From: the human T2T-CHM13v2.0 reference genome, Homo sapiens
Assembly (NCBI RefSeq): GCF_009914755.1
Contig: NC_060926.1
Direction: 5' to 3' (one strand)
Length of the DNA: 64,000 bases
Part shown: positions 49,133 to 64,000 of the stretch, piece by piece
Position numbering within the stretch: position 1 is the stretch's first letter
Layout of the letters: each line of letters starts with the position of its first letter
Program-made: the position numbers and the translations under genes
Notes under the pieces: generated by a model
Told to the model about the DNA's origin: nothing
Databases searched by the model: none
The model's input: only the letters and a program-made list of their open reading frames with translations

Positions 49133-51477
49133 TTAGACTCTTGACTAGGACTGGGTTCCAACACCCGTACCAGTATCATTAAAAGTACTTATTAAGCACT
49201 CACATTTAATATGTTATAAAGCATGTTTAAATGGATAACATTTGGTTAATTTTCCAATTTAAACAAGACAACATTAAAAAGTACACATTTAACAATACTA
49301 TATGTTTTTAAGAAGCACTTGCAATAATATACTGAAAGCATTTTGTATTTTGTATAGTACAAATGTTTCTCAGTCAAGTTTTCTGATGGTCACATTAAGA
49401 GGTACAAGATATCTGGAAGCACCATAAGTAAATCCACAAATAATTAAATCTGCCTAATGGAGCAATTTGCAGATTAAAATATAGAACAATTTTCATATCT
49501 TTGGTTTTTTTTGTATTAAATACCAATCACTATAACTGACAGCTATCAAACAGGAAAAAAAACAGAAAAAAAAACTAAAAAAAACATGAAATGTGCGCGT
49601 TGGGTTTGAGGAACAAGTCATTCAAATAAATGACAGGATGTCAAAAAGTTCTTATCAGACTTCTATCCCAGAACCCAACTGAGTATTTTTTTCCTTTTTC
49701 TTTCTGCTTTTCCTCTTTCCTTTATCCTCCCCTATATCCTTCCCTTTTCATCTCTGTCCTTAGAATGCCTTATATTTCCATATTAGTTTATGGTTCTCAA
49801 ATTGCTTTCATATGCCATTAATAAAAACAACTACTTTCTGAAGTAAGTAGGGTTACTACTCTTAATATTGTTTTATTAATGAGCACGACAGAGGGGAGGC
49901 AATTTCCAAAAGATTTTAGAGATGGCATGATATGGAATTAAGTAATTTGTTAGATTTACCAAATAAAAATTTACATTATAGAAACTTTAAAATACTGTTT
50001 TTAAATAAAGAACACTATTTACATGGTTAAAAATATACATGCACTAAGAACAAATATATAATGAAGAGTACAGTCTCTTTTCCTTACCACCCATTCCCTG
50101 AAGACCTCTGTTCTATTTCTTAGACATACTGTTAAACATTTTTCAGTATCTTCCCATAAATGTTCTATGCATATGCAAGCACACACAATCTTTTAAAGCA
50201 AATGATAACTTACTCCTCTACATCTTGTTCATTTTTCTTTTATCAGTGCACATATATGCACTGTATTTACCTTACGGATCTCCAACTGTGAGCTTTAGGT
50301 TGTTTCTAGTTTCTTGCTTTTACTAGCAATAAACACTCTTTTGCACTTGAATGAGTTTCTCTGTAGAATTATTTCTAGAAGTGGAACTGCTAAGTCAAAG
50401 AACATGTACACTTTTAATTTTGATAAATACTTCCAAACTGATTTCTGAACCAATTTATACTCCTACCAACTGTCTTGGAGGGGGCTTGTTTTCTCATACC
50501 CTCACTAATACCAGCTATTATCAAATTTTGTAGTTTTTGCCAATCTAAAAGGTGAAAATATTTTATCTTGCATGAATAAAGTTGAATATTTTTTCTTTTT
50601 TTCCCTTAATCGTTTGCATTTCTTCTACTGGGTTGTCTTTTTAACTGATGCATAAGAGCTTTTTAAATTTTCTCTTTTTTAAGAGTTAGGATCTTGCTGT
50701 GTGGCTTAACTCTCAAACTCTTGGGCTCTAGCAGTCCTCCCACCTTAGCCTCCCGAGTAGCTGGGACTACAGGCATGTGCTGCTGTGTGCAGCAGATGTG
50801 TACAAAAGAGCTTTAAAGGTAGTACTGAAAACAGTTCCTTTATAGTTCTATGTTGAAAATAATTTCTTCCCACTTTTTTATTGTCTTAATTTACAGATTT
50901 TTTGCTGTGCAGTAGGTTTTATGTTGTCAAATGTATTAATCTTTTAACCTAGGTTTTAAGTTAAAATGCTTTCCCCATGCTAAGATTTTTAAAAAGAAAA
51001 ACTCTTCCATGTTTCCTAATATTTATACTGTTTCAAATTTTTATGTTCAAATCTTTGATCCATCTGAAATTCACTTTGGTGTAAGGAATAAGGAAGCATT
51101 CTAAATAGATGTCATACACATCAACAAATATATATATATAGCCCCCACCCAAATGTGGATGTAAACTGTTTCTACATCATTATTGAATAATCCATCCTCT
51201 CACCCACTGATCTGAAATCTCACTGTTGCTATATACTATGGTCCTATGTGGATTAGCATCTACGCCTGGATTCTCTATTCGCTCCTCTGACTATTCCTGG
51301 CCCAGTAACTTGTCTGACAAGTTCAGTTTTACAGTATGTTTTGTTCTCTAGTAAAGCAGCACACCCTTGCTCTCCCAACTCTTCCTTTTCAGTTTTCTTG
51401 GCTATTCTTGAGGGTTTTTTTCCAGATAAACTTCAATAAACGTGTATCAAGGTCCAAAATGAACGCTGGTAGGTTTT

Positions 51478-51774
51478 TTTTTTTTTCGAGTTGGGGTCTC
51501 ACTCTGTCGCCTAGGCTGGAGTGCAGTGGCGTGGATCTCTGCTCACTGCAAGCTCCGCCTCCCGGGTTCATGCCATTCTCCTGACTCAGCCTCCGGAGTA
51601 GCGGGGACTACAGGCGCACGCCACCAGGCCCGGCTAATTTTTTTTTTTGTATTTTTAGTAGAGACGGGGTTTCACCGCGTTAGCCAGAATGGTTTCTATC
51701 TCCTGACCTCATGATCCGCCCACCTCGGCCTCCCAAAGTGCTGGGATTACAGGCGTGAGCCACTGTGCCTGGCC
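51478..51774 (-). mobile_element. AluY with 16-bp TSD
   Basis: Y diagnostics (gcaagctccgcc, ttagccag); TSD AACGCTGGTAGGTTTT at 51462-51477 and 51776-51791. Confidence 0.93.
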
Positions 51775-53199
51775 AAACGCTGGTAGGTTTTGAGTGAGAC
51801 CACATTACATTTAAATATATTTACAATGTTTTCTGCTCTATTCTTTAGTAGACTTTTCCTCACGTGGTCCTACGCATTTCTTTCTAAGTTTATTTTCATA
51901 TAGCCTATCCCTGTCTACAATTTAAATTGGGATCTTCTATATTCTAGTTATTATTTGTAAATAAGAAAACTACTGACTTTTTTCTAGTATATTTTCTCAG
52001 AATAGGATTTTCTATTTTTCTATAAAATGACCAATGTTATGAAGCTTCGTAAGTTTTGTCAAAGTGATACACACATACAGCAAAAAATCAAATAGTACAG
52101 AAGTATAAAAGCAACAACCTCTGCCTTGCCCCTTCTCCACCTTCAGGTCCCCTTCCCAGATACAATAATTTTTAGCTTTTTATTTTTAATTATTCTGGTT
52201 GTTACCTACATAACTCTGGGCAATATGGAAAAGTTATTGATTTTGTATATTAATTTCATAATCAGTTACCTTGATGAATTCTCTTGTTTCTAGTAGTTTT
52301 TCTTTAGGGTTTTAAAGGGATACAATCATACCATTTGCAGTTAGTAACCATTTTATCTCCTCTTATTTCCAACTTCGTACTGTTTTCTCTTGTCTAATTT
52401 GTTTTTAATTGGTGGGTACTTCTAGAACAAGGTTAAATAAAAGTGGTGTTGGTGGGCGTCCTTATTTCTGATATTAATGGGAATGAGTATAATGTATAAA
52501 TATATAACCATGATTTTGGTTTTTTTCCAAGTTTTTATCAGTAATGATTGCTGAGTTTTATCAAAATTTTTTTGGCATCCATTGAGAGGATTATATATTA
52601 CTCTTTGACACATTAATGTGGTTAATTAAAGTAACCAACTTATTAACCTTGAAATAGTCTTAGTTAAATAAACCCTACTTGTCAATGCTATATCATTATT
52701 TTAATATTGTACTGAACATTTTACAAAGGTGTTTCACCATAAGGCATATTGATCTGTAATTTTTTTTTTTCTGTTGAACTTGCTATTGTCAGGTTTTGGT
52801 GTATTATGTTGGTTTTGGAGAATAAATTTAAAAGTTTCCTTTATGTTATCTATACATTGCCTGAAAAGAGTTTAAATAGCATTGAAAATGATCTCTTCTT
52901 TGAAGATTTAACCAATTTCACCTGTAAATCTGTCTGTGCTTTGTAATTTTGGTGATACTGTTGACTCAAATTCCAAAAGCAGTAAATGCAGTGTTTTATA
53001 TTTTTCTATTAAAAATGTAAAATCAAATTATATTACTCATTTGTATATAGTCTTTGATTTTTTTCTAAAGAATGAGCCCTTATTTTATCATAAGCTCAGT
53101 GAAGAAGTTGCTACAGTTGTACTTTTTTATTTCCCACCTAATACACTACTCTCAGATAATGTACCACATGACACACCTATCTGTGAATATCAGAATCTG

Positions 53200-54100
53200 A
53201 AGTTATATATCATGTGTAGGCCAATCTCTTAAGCTCTGAATTTATTTGTTCAGCTACTCGATATATTCACTTAGCTATTCCATAAGCTATTCCATAAGCA
53301 CTTCAAATTCAATATATTTAGTTCATTATCTGCTCCCCTCTTGCTATTGCCAAGTTTAAAATAGTAATTTCCTCCCTTTCCCTTGCTTCCCACATCCAAT
53401 CAATTACCATGCCCCTTTACCTCAGTTTTCTAAATAACTTTAAAATCTACCCATCTCTCTCCATTTTCCCAGCCACTACCTTAGTTCAAGCTGTCATGTC
53501 TCACGTGTCTTCTGTAACAGCACTCTCGCAGGTCTCTTTGATCCTAATTTCACTCACTTACCATAATGCAGCCAAGTGATTTCCTTGTAATGTATAGACT
53601 AGATCCTGTCCTTCCCAGATTAAAATTCTTTAATGACTTTGTACTACCCTTGGGATAAAGTTCACTTTCCTTATATAGGGGTCCCTTTAAGATTTAATCC
53701 CTCTTTACTTTGCTGGCCTCATTGAGACTCCCTCCCTCCAACACTATGTTCTACACACAACAAATCACTTAGGGCTCCTAGACTGCATACGATGTTTCAC
53801 TCCTGGCCTTTGCACACGCTTTTTCTTCTCTCTGGAATTCTTTTCCCCCATTCTACAGGTCTTGGCTTAGACATTACTTCTTCCTGGAATCTGTCTCCAA
53901 ACCTGTTTTTGTTGGATGCCTTCTTCTATGTTCCCACATCACACTCTGTAAGGACTAGCCTATAGAATTCCTTCCTTTCAGTAGTCTATAAACTCCTTAG
54001 AGGCAGGGACTGCTTATTCACTGCACCCCAGTACCCAACACAACACTTAGCACACAGTATGAGCTCACTAAATGTTTGCTGAGTGAATGAATGAACAAAC
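53200..54100 (+). mobile_element. L2 3' portion
   Basis: Ends gagctcactaaatgtttgctgagtgaatgaatgaa, the L2a-type tail. Confidence 0.75.
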
Positions 54101-54401
54101 AAAGGGATGGAAATGCGCTGTCACTTTGAAGGCAAAAATGGCACTACTGGCCTATCATCTTTAGATCCCGTCCTATTATTCTGAATTTGACTGTGTCTCC
54201 CAAGCTCTCTTACCTAATTGCCTCTGTGATCCTGACTCACAAACAGGAAGCAGCTAAAAATGGGGTAGGGTATAACTGAATAATGAAGAGATTTCTAAAA
54301 ATCACAACTCTGAAGTAGCTATAGAATAAGAAATCAAGGAAAGTTTCCTACTGCAAGAAATGCTTAATGACATTAACATCATAGCTGTCAACATTACTCA
54401 C

Positions 54402-54496
54402 TAAAGAAATGTGGTTCTCTGGAGAAATATTACTAAATTTGGCAAGAAATTTCTCAGCAGCATTCCTTTTGGCTTGCTTTTTTGATGCCCCCTTTC
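54402..54496 (-). CDS. PRKRA: PRKRA exon 6 (end of dsRBD2)
   Basis: ttcAG acceptor and TTA|gtgagt donor; 95 nt encoding (G)[31 protein letters not shown] with the dsRBD KKxAK motif. Confidence 0.98.
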
Positions 54497-54669
54497 CTGA
54501 ACAAAGAAAAAGAAATGGTAGATTTAGAAAAGAAATTAGTGTCCACAGAGGATGATCAAACGTATGAAGTACTGTGTTTAATCAGAGAACCTCACGGTTT
54601 TTATTATATACTAGACTATGTTCTTACTGACCTGATAACTTTGTTTGTTATGCTATTTTGTTTGTATAG

Positions 54670-54976
<307 letters not shown>

Positions 54977-56008
54977 TGTATAGTTACTAATTCTTACACT
55001 TTTGAAGACATTTGTTTTAAGTTTTTCTTTAATAGTTATGCTTTCTGTTTTTCTATAATAATTGTATTTTCCTATGTCTAGCATTACTGAACCATATTTG
55101 GTTTAATTCTGACCAATTATTTAGATTTATTAAAATACATCTGAATTATAACTCCTCTCTCTCAATGTCTATTTCCTGCTTATGATCTTCTCTAAACTGA
55201 CGATTATATGAAATTCCTTTTAACAGGAATAAGAAAGGCACAGGGGATGGTGGAGTTGAAAGATACCATAAATATCTACCTCCATGCTTTTGTTTTATAG
55301 ATTAAAAAACTGAGGTCCAGAGAAATTAAGTAATTTGCTTAACTTCGCGAATCAAGGACTGCATCAAGGACGGAAGCTGAGGTTCCTGCTTTTGGCCTGG
55401 TGCTTTCTGTACTGGCCACACTACCTCCCAAAGGCAAATAGTTTCTTATTACTTGAAACTATTATCTAGCTAAGCTAAAATCCCATTTTAAGCCACTTTT
55501 GAAAATAACAAAAACATGCCAGAGAAGTTAACAGGAATTCTCGCTAGTACTTTTTAAAGTGACAGCGTTTCTTATAGTTTATATCCTTTATAACATAGAA
55601 GTTGCTATAATTAAGAAAGATAATTTTCATTTTTATCTCACTGCAATTATTTGCCATGTAGTCTCTTATTAATCATATAATTTTCAAGTGTAATCTTCCT
55701 CTAGTCCTATTTTCTAGATAGAATAGCTGTTAAAATCCAAGAGATTTACTATAGCTTTTTCTCCAAATTGAGGTTTTTTAAGTCAGTAATTTATCAATGA
55801 AGACTGTTTAAAGTACAGAGCCAACAGTTTGTCTTTCTATTAATAATCTATGATTTTTAAAAATATCAAATTAAGAAGACTAAGTATCTTAAGCCAAATA
55901 TTTATACTTAAGTTCAACCTCAGAAAGTCAGAGACAATAAAAGAGGAGTGTATCAATTTTTCTGCATAGAAATATTTGAAAACATTACGACAGAAATTTC
56001 GATAGTCA

Positions 56009-56176
<168 letters not shown>

Positions 56177-57165
56177 CTATAAAATCAAGATGAGGCTTTA
56201 ATAGTAATTTTATGCAATGGCTCAATCACATAAGTGTTTTCTTAATTTTGATCCCATTTCTATGTATATGTTTGAAAAGAATAGTGATATTCTGCAACAG
56301 AAAAAAGAGGGAAGACCCTCTATTTCTCAAAGACATTCCCGCATTTTATATTTTTATACCCCAATACCAAAACTGAAGCAGTTTTGTGCTACGAATGGTG
56401 TTCTTGCATTAAACCACAGTGAGCTGGTATCAGACATCAACTAGAAAAACAGGCTACTACCGCCCTCTTTGGCAACACCAGAGGAGACCATCTACAGGTT
56501 TCACTGCCATCAGTTCCTAAAGTCCCTCCCCTCCTAGCTATAGACTTCCAAACCCACAGCTGGCCAAGAACACATGAGGAGTAGGGACAGCAAACAACAG
56601 ACTTGCATAAAGTGGGGGACAGAAGGTGAAGAAAACTATAGAAAAGCTCACTGTGCAGGAAAAGGAGACCAAAGGACTGGCTGAATAATGGGGAGGGAAA
56701 TGGCCTAACAGAGCACATGGATAATCTGCAAGAAGGATATTCTGCATATAGAAATTCAAAGCTGAATATATGTGTGTGTGTTTGTGTGTGTATAGATAAA
56801 ATTTTTTTTTTTTGGTAGAATAAGCAAATAGACTCCTTTTCTTCAGTTAGGTTCACTGATTTGATTTAGGCTCTCTATAAAGTCTTCTGTCTCAACAGAA
56901 GTAGAAAGAGATTTGTCACAAGAGTAGCAAGAACTATTCTTAAAGTATAAAACACTTTACCCATGTGCACTGAGGGCCTGTTGATCTTAAATGAGAATTC
57001 TATAAGCCAAAGGCAAATACTGTATATGAAAGAAAACCCAGAACATAAATAGGAAAATAATTTCAAGTTAGCTCTGTTAATCTAATGATCGTAAGTTGGA
57101 AAACAAAATATATCACTATCTTGTCTTTAAAATATTAATTCCTTGTGTTAGCCCCTCTGACATTA

Positions 57166-57303
<138 letters not shown>

Positions 57304-58353
57304 TTAAAAGTGTTATAAAACAAAATAATTTCCCCCGAATTATGAAATAAATGACAAGCATTTTCTAATTAACTCTCTATGTCTTTGCTCTTGTCATTCC
57401 TTCTACATGGAATGCCCTTTTCTCAGACCTCTTCTATGGGAATCTGATCGGTCATCCAAGATATATCTCAAATGTCACTTCCTCCAAGAAGCCTATCCTT
57501 TTACCCCAGTGGTTTATAATCTCTCCCTTCTTTGAAACATTATAACACATGGTTTAATCCTTTCTTGAAATTGTTTTACCATAAATTATATACTCTTACA
57601 AATACATATAATTTGTCCATCCTTCACCACACCTCTCCCCTGTTCAGACAGTAAGCTCCTTGAGGTAGGGCCTATGTATCACTTACCTACATAAGCTTTG
57701 TGGTGTTTTGTACATAATAGGCATGCCATAAAAATGTATTTAAAGAATACTCTGTTACAACTATACAAAAAACAGAAGAGTAACAATGATCCAGAAAATT
57801 TAGCCTGGCAATGTGAATAATACAGATTATGTGTAAATACTGTTTTTTCATCCACAGAACTATGAAGAGAGATCTGTTTGATCTATCATCTGCTCAGTGC
57901 TGGGATAATCCTCTAAGATTTACATGTATCCTGCAGAAAATAGATGGCTTAGATGAATTTGGTTTTAGCAAGTGGGGATTATGATTAGGGAAAAAGAGAA
58001 CAACCTCTTCTAGGGAGTCTGGAATTACTAGTTACTTAGCAGGTCAGTACTTAAAACTGAATAAGCGGCATTTCAAGGTTAGTACCACCTAGGCAACTGG
58101 AGTCATTTTTCCATGACAAATGAGGTTTAGTTATTGCCACTTCCTCAAGGTTTTTTTTTTTCCAACTGTGAGAATTTCAAGCTTTACATAGGCTGATGAG
58201 ATATGAGTATTCACTTACAATGCTGCATGCCGAAGCTACCCAAATAATTGTGATGGAGAAGTGAGAAAGTCTCTGTATTAAGTCAGGCCACTTTAGGCCT
58301 GATTACAGCTTAGTAATTCCCATTTTATCTGTCAAGAAGCACAAATATAGTAA

Positions 58354-59123
<770 letters not shown>

Positions 59124-59531
59124 TAATGCATGACCCTAGAGAATCAAGCATCATCTTGTGAAATGCAAGGCTTGTCTTGGGCAGCTGCTTATCTAGAGGG
59201 TTGCCATGTCACTGGTTAGTTCTAAACTACCCAAACGGTTTAGAATGATTTACAAAAAGAGAGGAATACTACATGAGAACCTAACTACACCCCTAATCCA
59301 AAAGCCTTTCTATGACTAGGGAACAAAAAACCCATCCCAAATTCCCTGGGTCTCTACTGTCAACTATAAGCTGATTACACAGATCGTACTTCAGGCATAT
59401 GTAAGTGTATGCACAAGAAGAACTTGAAAGCATGCCAAGCTCCAGAGTGCACCCAGTGGACACTACTTTAATATGTGAGATGCTCCAGGACCAATATTCT
59501 ATCTAGAAACACCTAAAGTAGTAAAAAATCT

Positions 59532-59817
<286 letters not shown>

Positions 59818-60296
59818 TTAGAAAGATATGTCAAGAATTAATATCCCACTTAACATTCTCTTCTTTTGGTATACATTATATAATAAAAGAAAACCTCTGC
59901 CTGCTTCTTCAAAATTAGAATTCCCAAAAGAGTACTTTTAGTGGATCTTTCTCCATCTCACACTTTGTTTTCTTCAATGTAGAAATAATCAAAGTCTAAA
60001 TACAAAATGTTAATATTAATATTTGCAAGAAGCACTGATTTTCTACTGTTGTATCCCATTAAAAAAAAAAAAACAGTAAAGCCTAGTTCATGAGCACCTT
60101 CATTTAATAGCTAATTGCTGGATTTGATTGGATAAAGTTTTCTTTAATGGATGATAAGTTTTCATAAGGAAATAGAATTTGAGAGGTAGGATGCTAACAA
60201 CTGTTCACTTTGTTGCTTTTGTAAGCATGTTCAAATTTTTAATCTTACCTCAGCCATGATATTTTTGAGCTGCTGAATACAAAGAAATTTAGCTCA

Positions 60297-60407
<111 letters not shown>

Positions 60408-61112
60408 TTATCTCCCACAAAAATGTGCAGCTTACAAAGATGTTTTCAATACACAAAACAAAGTCACTATAGATTTTACATACACATACTAGGTAATAAA
60501 AATATGTACGTTATATACTGTACATAAAAATATGTACATGTTATATACTACATGGTTATATACTGTAATAAAATATTCACCATGTGAAAAAATTTTAAAA
60601 AATAACTTTTTAAAGTTCTATATAATTCTATGCATACCTGCATAAAAATCCTTATTTCTACATTATATATGTTTATTATATAACATGGTAATAAAGTAGA
60701 CCGTGTCACACCTCTGAAGAAATGCAGATTAGTATTTTACTCTTCCTTTATTCCTGGAGGGGAAATTCTTCTGCAGCAAGAAGTTTCTTTTAAAGGAACC
60801 ATTTACAGCAGAATTGTTTGATAGCAAAATGTGCATAATTTTATTCTGACAGCCTGTCCTATAACGTATCAAACTGCTTTGCTAGGCTGAGCAGTCATGA
60901 TTATGTGTTGGGTACAACAGGAAAGAGTTTTATGGAATAAGGTGACAGCTTGTTATGTATCTTCTGGACGGTCTGTATCTTCTGCATGGGTAGCTAAGTT
61001 GGGACTGGGGATAAGACTGATGTCTAATTTCAGTAAGCAATCACAATGGCAAATGATAAATTCCATCTTTTTCCTTTTAAGTTCAAACTCCCATACCCTC
61101 ATGGAATAAGTT

Positions 61113-61146
61113 TCAAGTGTGGCCTTCAAGTGTGGCCCTCAAGTGT
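61113..61146. repeat. 13-bp tandem repeat, 2.6 copies
   Basis: TCAAGTGTGGCCT TCAAGTGTGGCCC TCAAGTGT. Confidence 0.9.
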
Positions 61147-61399
61147 AAGAAGACACAGAAACCATATATTTATCTGCTAACACAGGTATTAGGGATATAG
61201 CATACAGGGTCCCTGCCCTCAAGAGCCAACAGAGTAGTGTGGGATTTTTGTCTGTTAATAGGCACCTGAAGTATGGAATGGGATATGTTACAACAAGCCT
61301 AAGTGCAGGCTGTAGCGGAGGTTGCAGTGAGCCAAGATCATGCCACTGCACTCTAGCCTGGGTGACAGAGTGAGACCCTGTCTCAAAAAAAAAAGAATG

Positions 61400-61920
61400 A
61401 ACACTGGTTGTAATGTGACAAAAGGACATCACAAGACTAGAAGGTAAACGTGTAGCTACAAGACTGCAGCTACAATCCAAGTGAGAGATGATGGTGGCCT
61501 AGGCAGTAGCAATGGCCAGAAGAGAGAAGCCGACAGATTCAATGGATAGTTAGTGGATTATTAAACGCCAATGGATAGAGTTTAATAACAGACTGGACAA
61601 GAGGGAGAAAGACGGGAAGTAGTTAGGAAGACAAAAGCCTACATTTCTACTGAACTAGGTGATTGTGGAGCCTTTACATAGAAAGGGAATGCAAGAAGAA
61701 TGGGTTTGAGGGAAAAGATGGATTCAGTTTGGGACAATGAGAGGCTTGAGGGGCCTCTGTGTCATCCAGGCAAAGATGCTCAGCAAGCACAGACTGATAC
61801 ACTATTCTGTAACTGGGCTTGGGATGTAGACAGACATTTCAGAATATTAGTCTTTAGACAGTATCAGAAGCCATGGAGGCAGATAAGCTTGCACAGGAAG
61901 CCATGGTAGTGTGAGAAGAG
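61400..61920 (-). mobile_element. L2 fragment preceded by a short Alu 3' fragment (~61315-61393)
   Basis: Purine-rich reverse L2-like sequence (atccaagtgagagatgatggtggcct...). Confidence 0.6.
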
Positions 61921-62921
61921 GGCGTAGGCAGAACGGTTGCCATAGGTTGTTAATTTGGGGTCTAAAACACATTGAGAGGGAAAAACCCTCCCTTTTCTTG
62001 AATTCTTCCTATCTAGAAATAGACTAGCTAAAGTAAGTAATGCAGTGTTGACTCTATGGTTCCCATGGGGACCCTTCCGGCCAGCACCTACAATCTAACT
62101 GCCTCACACAAAAAGTTTTAAACTTTTCTTAAAGTGGCATCAATTAAAATAAAAGACTCCAAACTTCCAGGGACACAAACAAATGCTGTCTTCAGATTTT
62201 CCAGATGGTAGAACTTGAGCCTTCCTACTAAATTTTTTTCTTGGCATTCTTCCAAATTAAATTTAGCATCCAATGTTTTCTGTGTTTGCAATTAAATAGA
62301 TACATAAGAAAAATAATGTCCACATTTACAAATGAGCAACTTTAGTTATCATTTGCTCAAGCTCACAGACCAAAAGAAAGCATGAACTTTAAAATTTCAT
62401 TGCTTTGTGACTTCATTGCTATACGCATGTTACTTATAATCTCTCTGAACCTGTTTCTTCTTGTTTAAAAAGTGGATAATATACAAAATATCTGTTCAGT
62501 TTCAAAAACTAGAAGTTATTATGTAATATATGAGGACCTTCTCCCCTTCCTCATTTTGTTTGGATACAGAATCAAAAGTAGCACAATGGACCTAAAGTGC
62601 CAAATGAGTCCATACAGAGAGGAGAGACGCTCAGAAAATTCTGGGGTCATGCCTCCTGGCATCCGCTATAATCTATGAAACTTCACAGTACCTACTGACC
62701 CAGCTATGACTGCTCCAAGAACCTTTCCTGCTTCCCTCTAATTCTAAGAAGAACCCTAGGAGGATCCTAGGGTATGAGAAGAGCCATGCAGGATCCAGCC
62801 ATCCGGCTGGGTAACTTTTTAGTTTCTAAGCTTCCTTGGTATGTGGGGAAGAGAAAATTAGGAAGAGAATCAGATGCAGCTGAAAAGCCCTAACGACCTG
62901 AGATGAGAGGTCTCAGTTTCA

Positions 62922-64000
<1,079 letters not shown>

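Noticed and set aside
53273-53299. 12-bp duplication AGCTATTCCATA, and imperfect AT-rich repeats at ~60497-60575
   Set aside because: Ordinary slippage events in L2 or intronic DNA with no evidence of function

Overview
Primate (almost certainly human, chr2q31.2) genomic DNA, not microbial. Left: the last five coding exons and long 3'UTR of OSBPL6/ORP6 (+ strand, stop at 8377-8379). Right: the complete 8-exon coding sequence of PRKRA/PACT (- strand, ATG at 63823, stop at 44889; the exons sum to 942 nt = 313 aa plus stop), with its CpG-island promoter at the window end. Between them, a CpG-island promoter at ~26.4-26.9 kb fits the + strand lncRNA CHROMR (CHROME/PRKRA-AS1), which runs convergently into the 3' end of PRKRA; that identification rests on locus position and recall. 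The remainder is dense with transposon fossils: about 30 Alus (one young AluYa5), L1, L2, MIR, LTRs, a hAT-Blackjack transposase fossil and a two-LTR ERVL provirus interrupted by a 3'-truncated L1. Most ORFs in the supplied track are Alu/L1-derived or spurious. No new protein-coding system is supported. The best leads are RNA-level: an antisense overlap on PRKRA whose size depends on poly(A)-site choice, inverted-Alu geometry around PRKRA exons, and a combined miR-27/miR-128 site beside IRF/kB motifs in the putative CHROMR exon 1. Repeat subfamily calls are from memory of consensus sequences and need RepeatMasker/Dfam confirmation.
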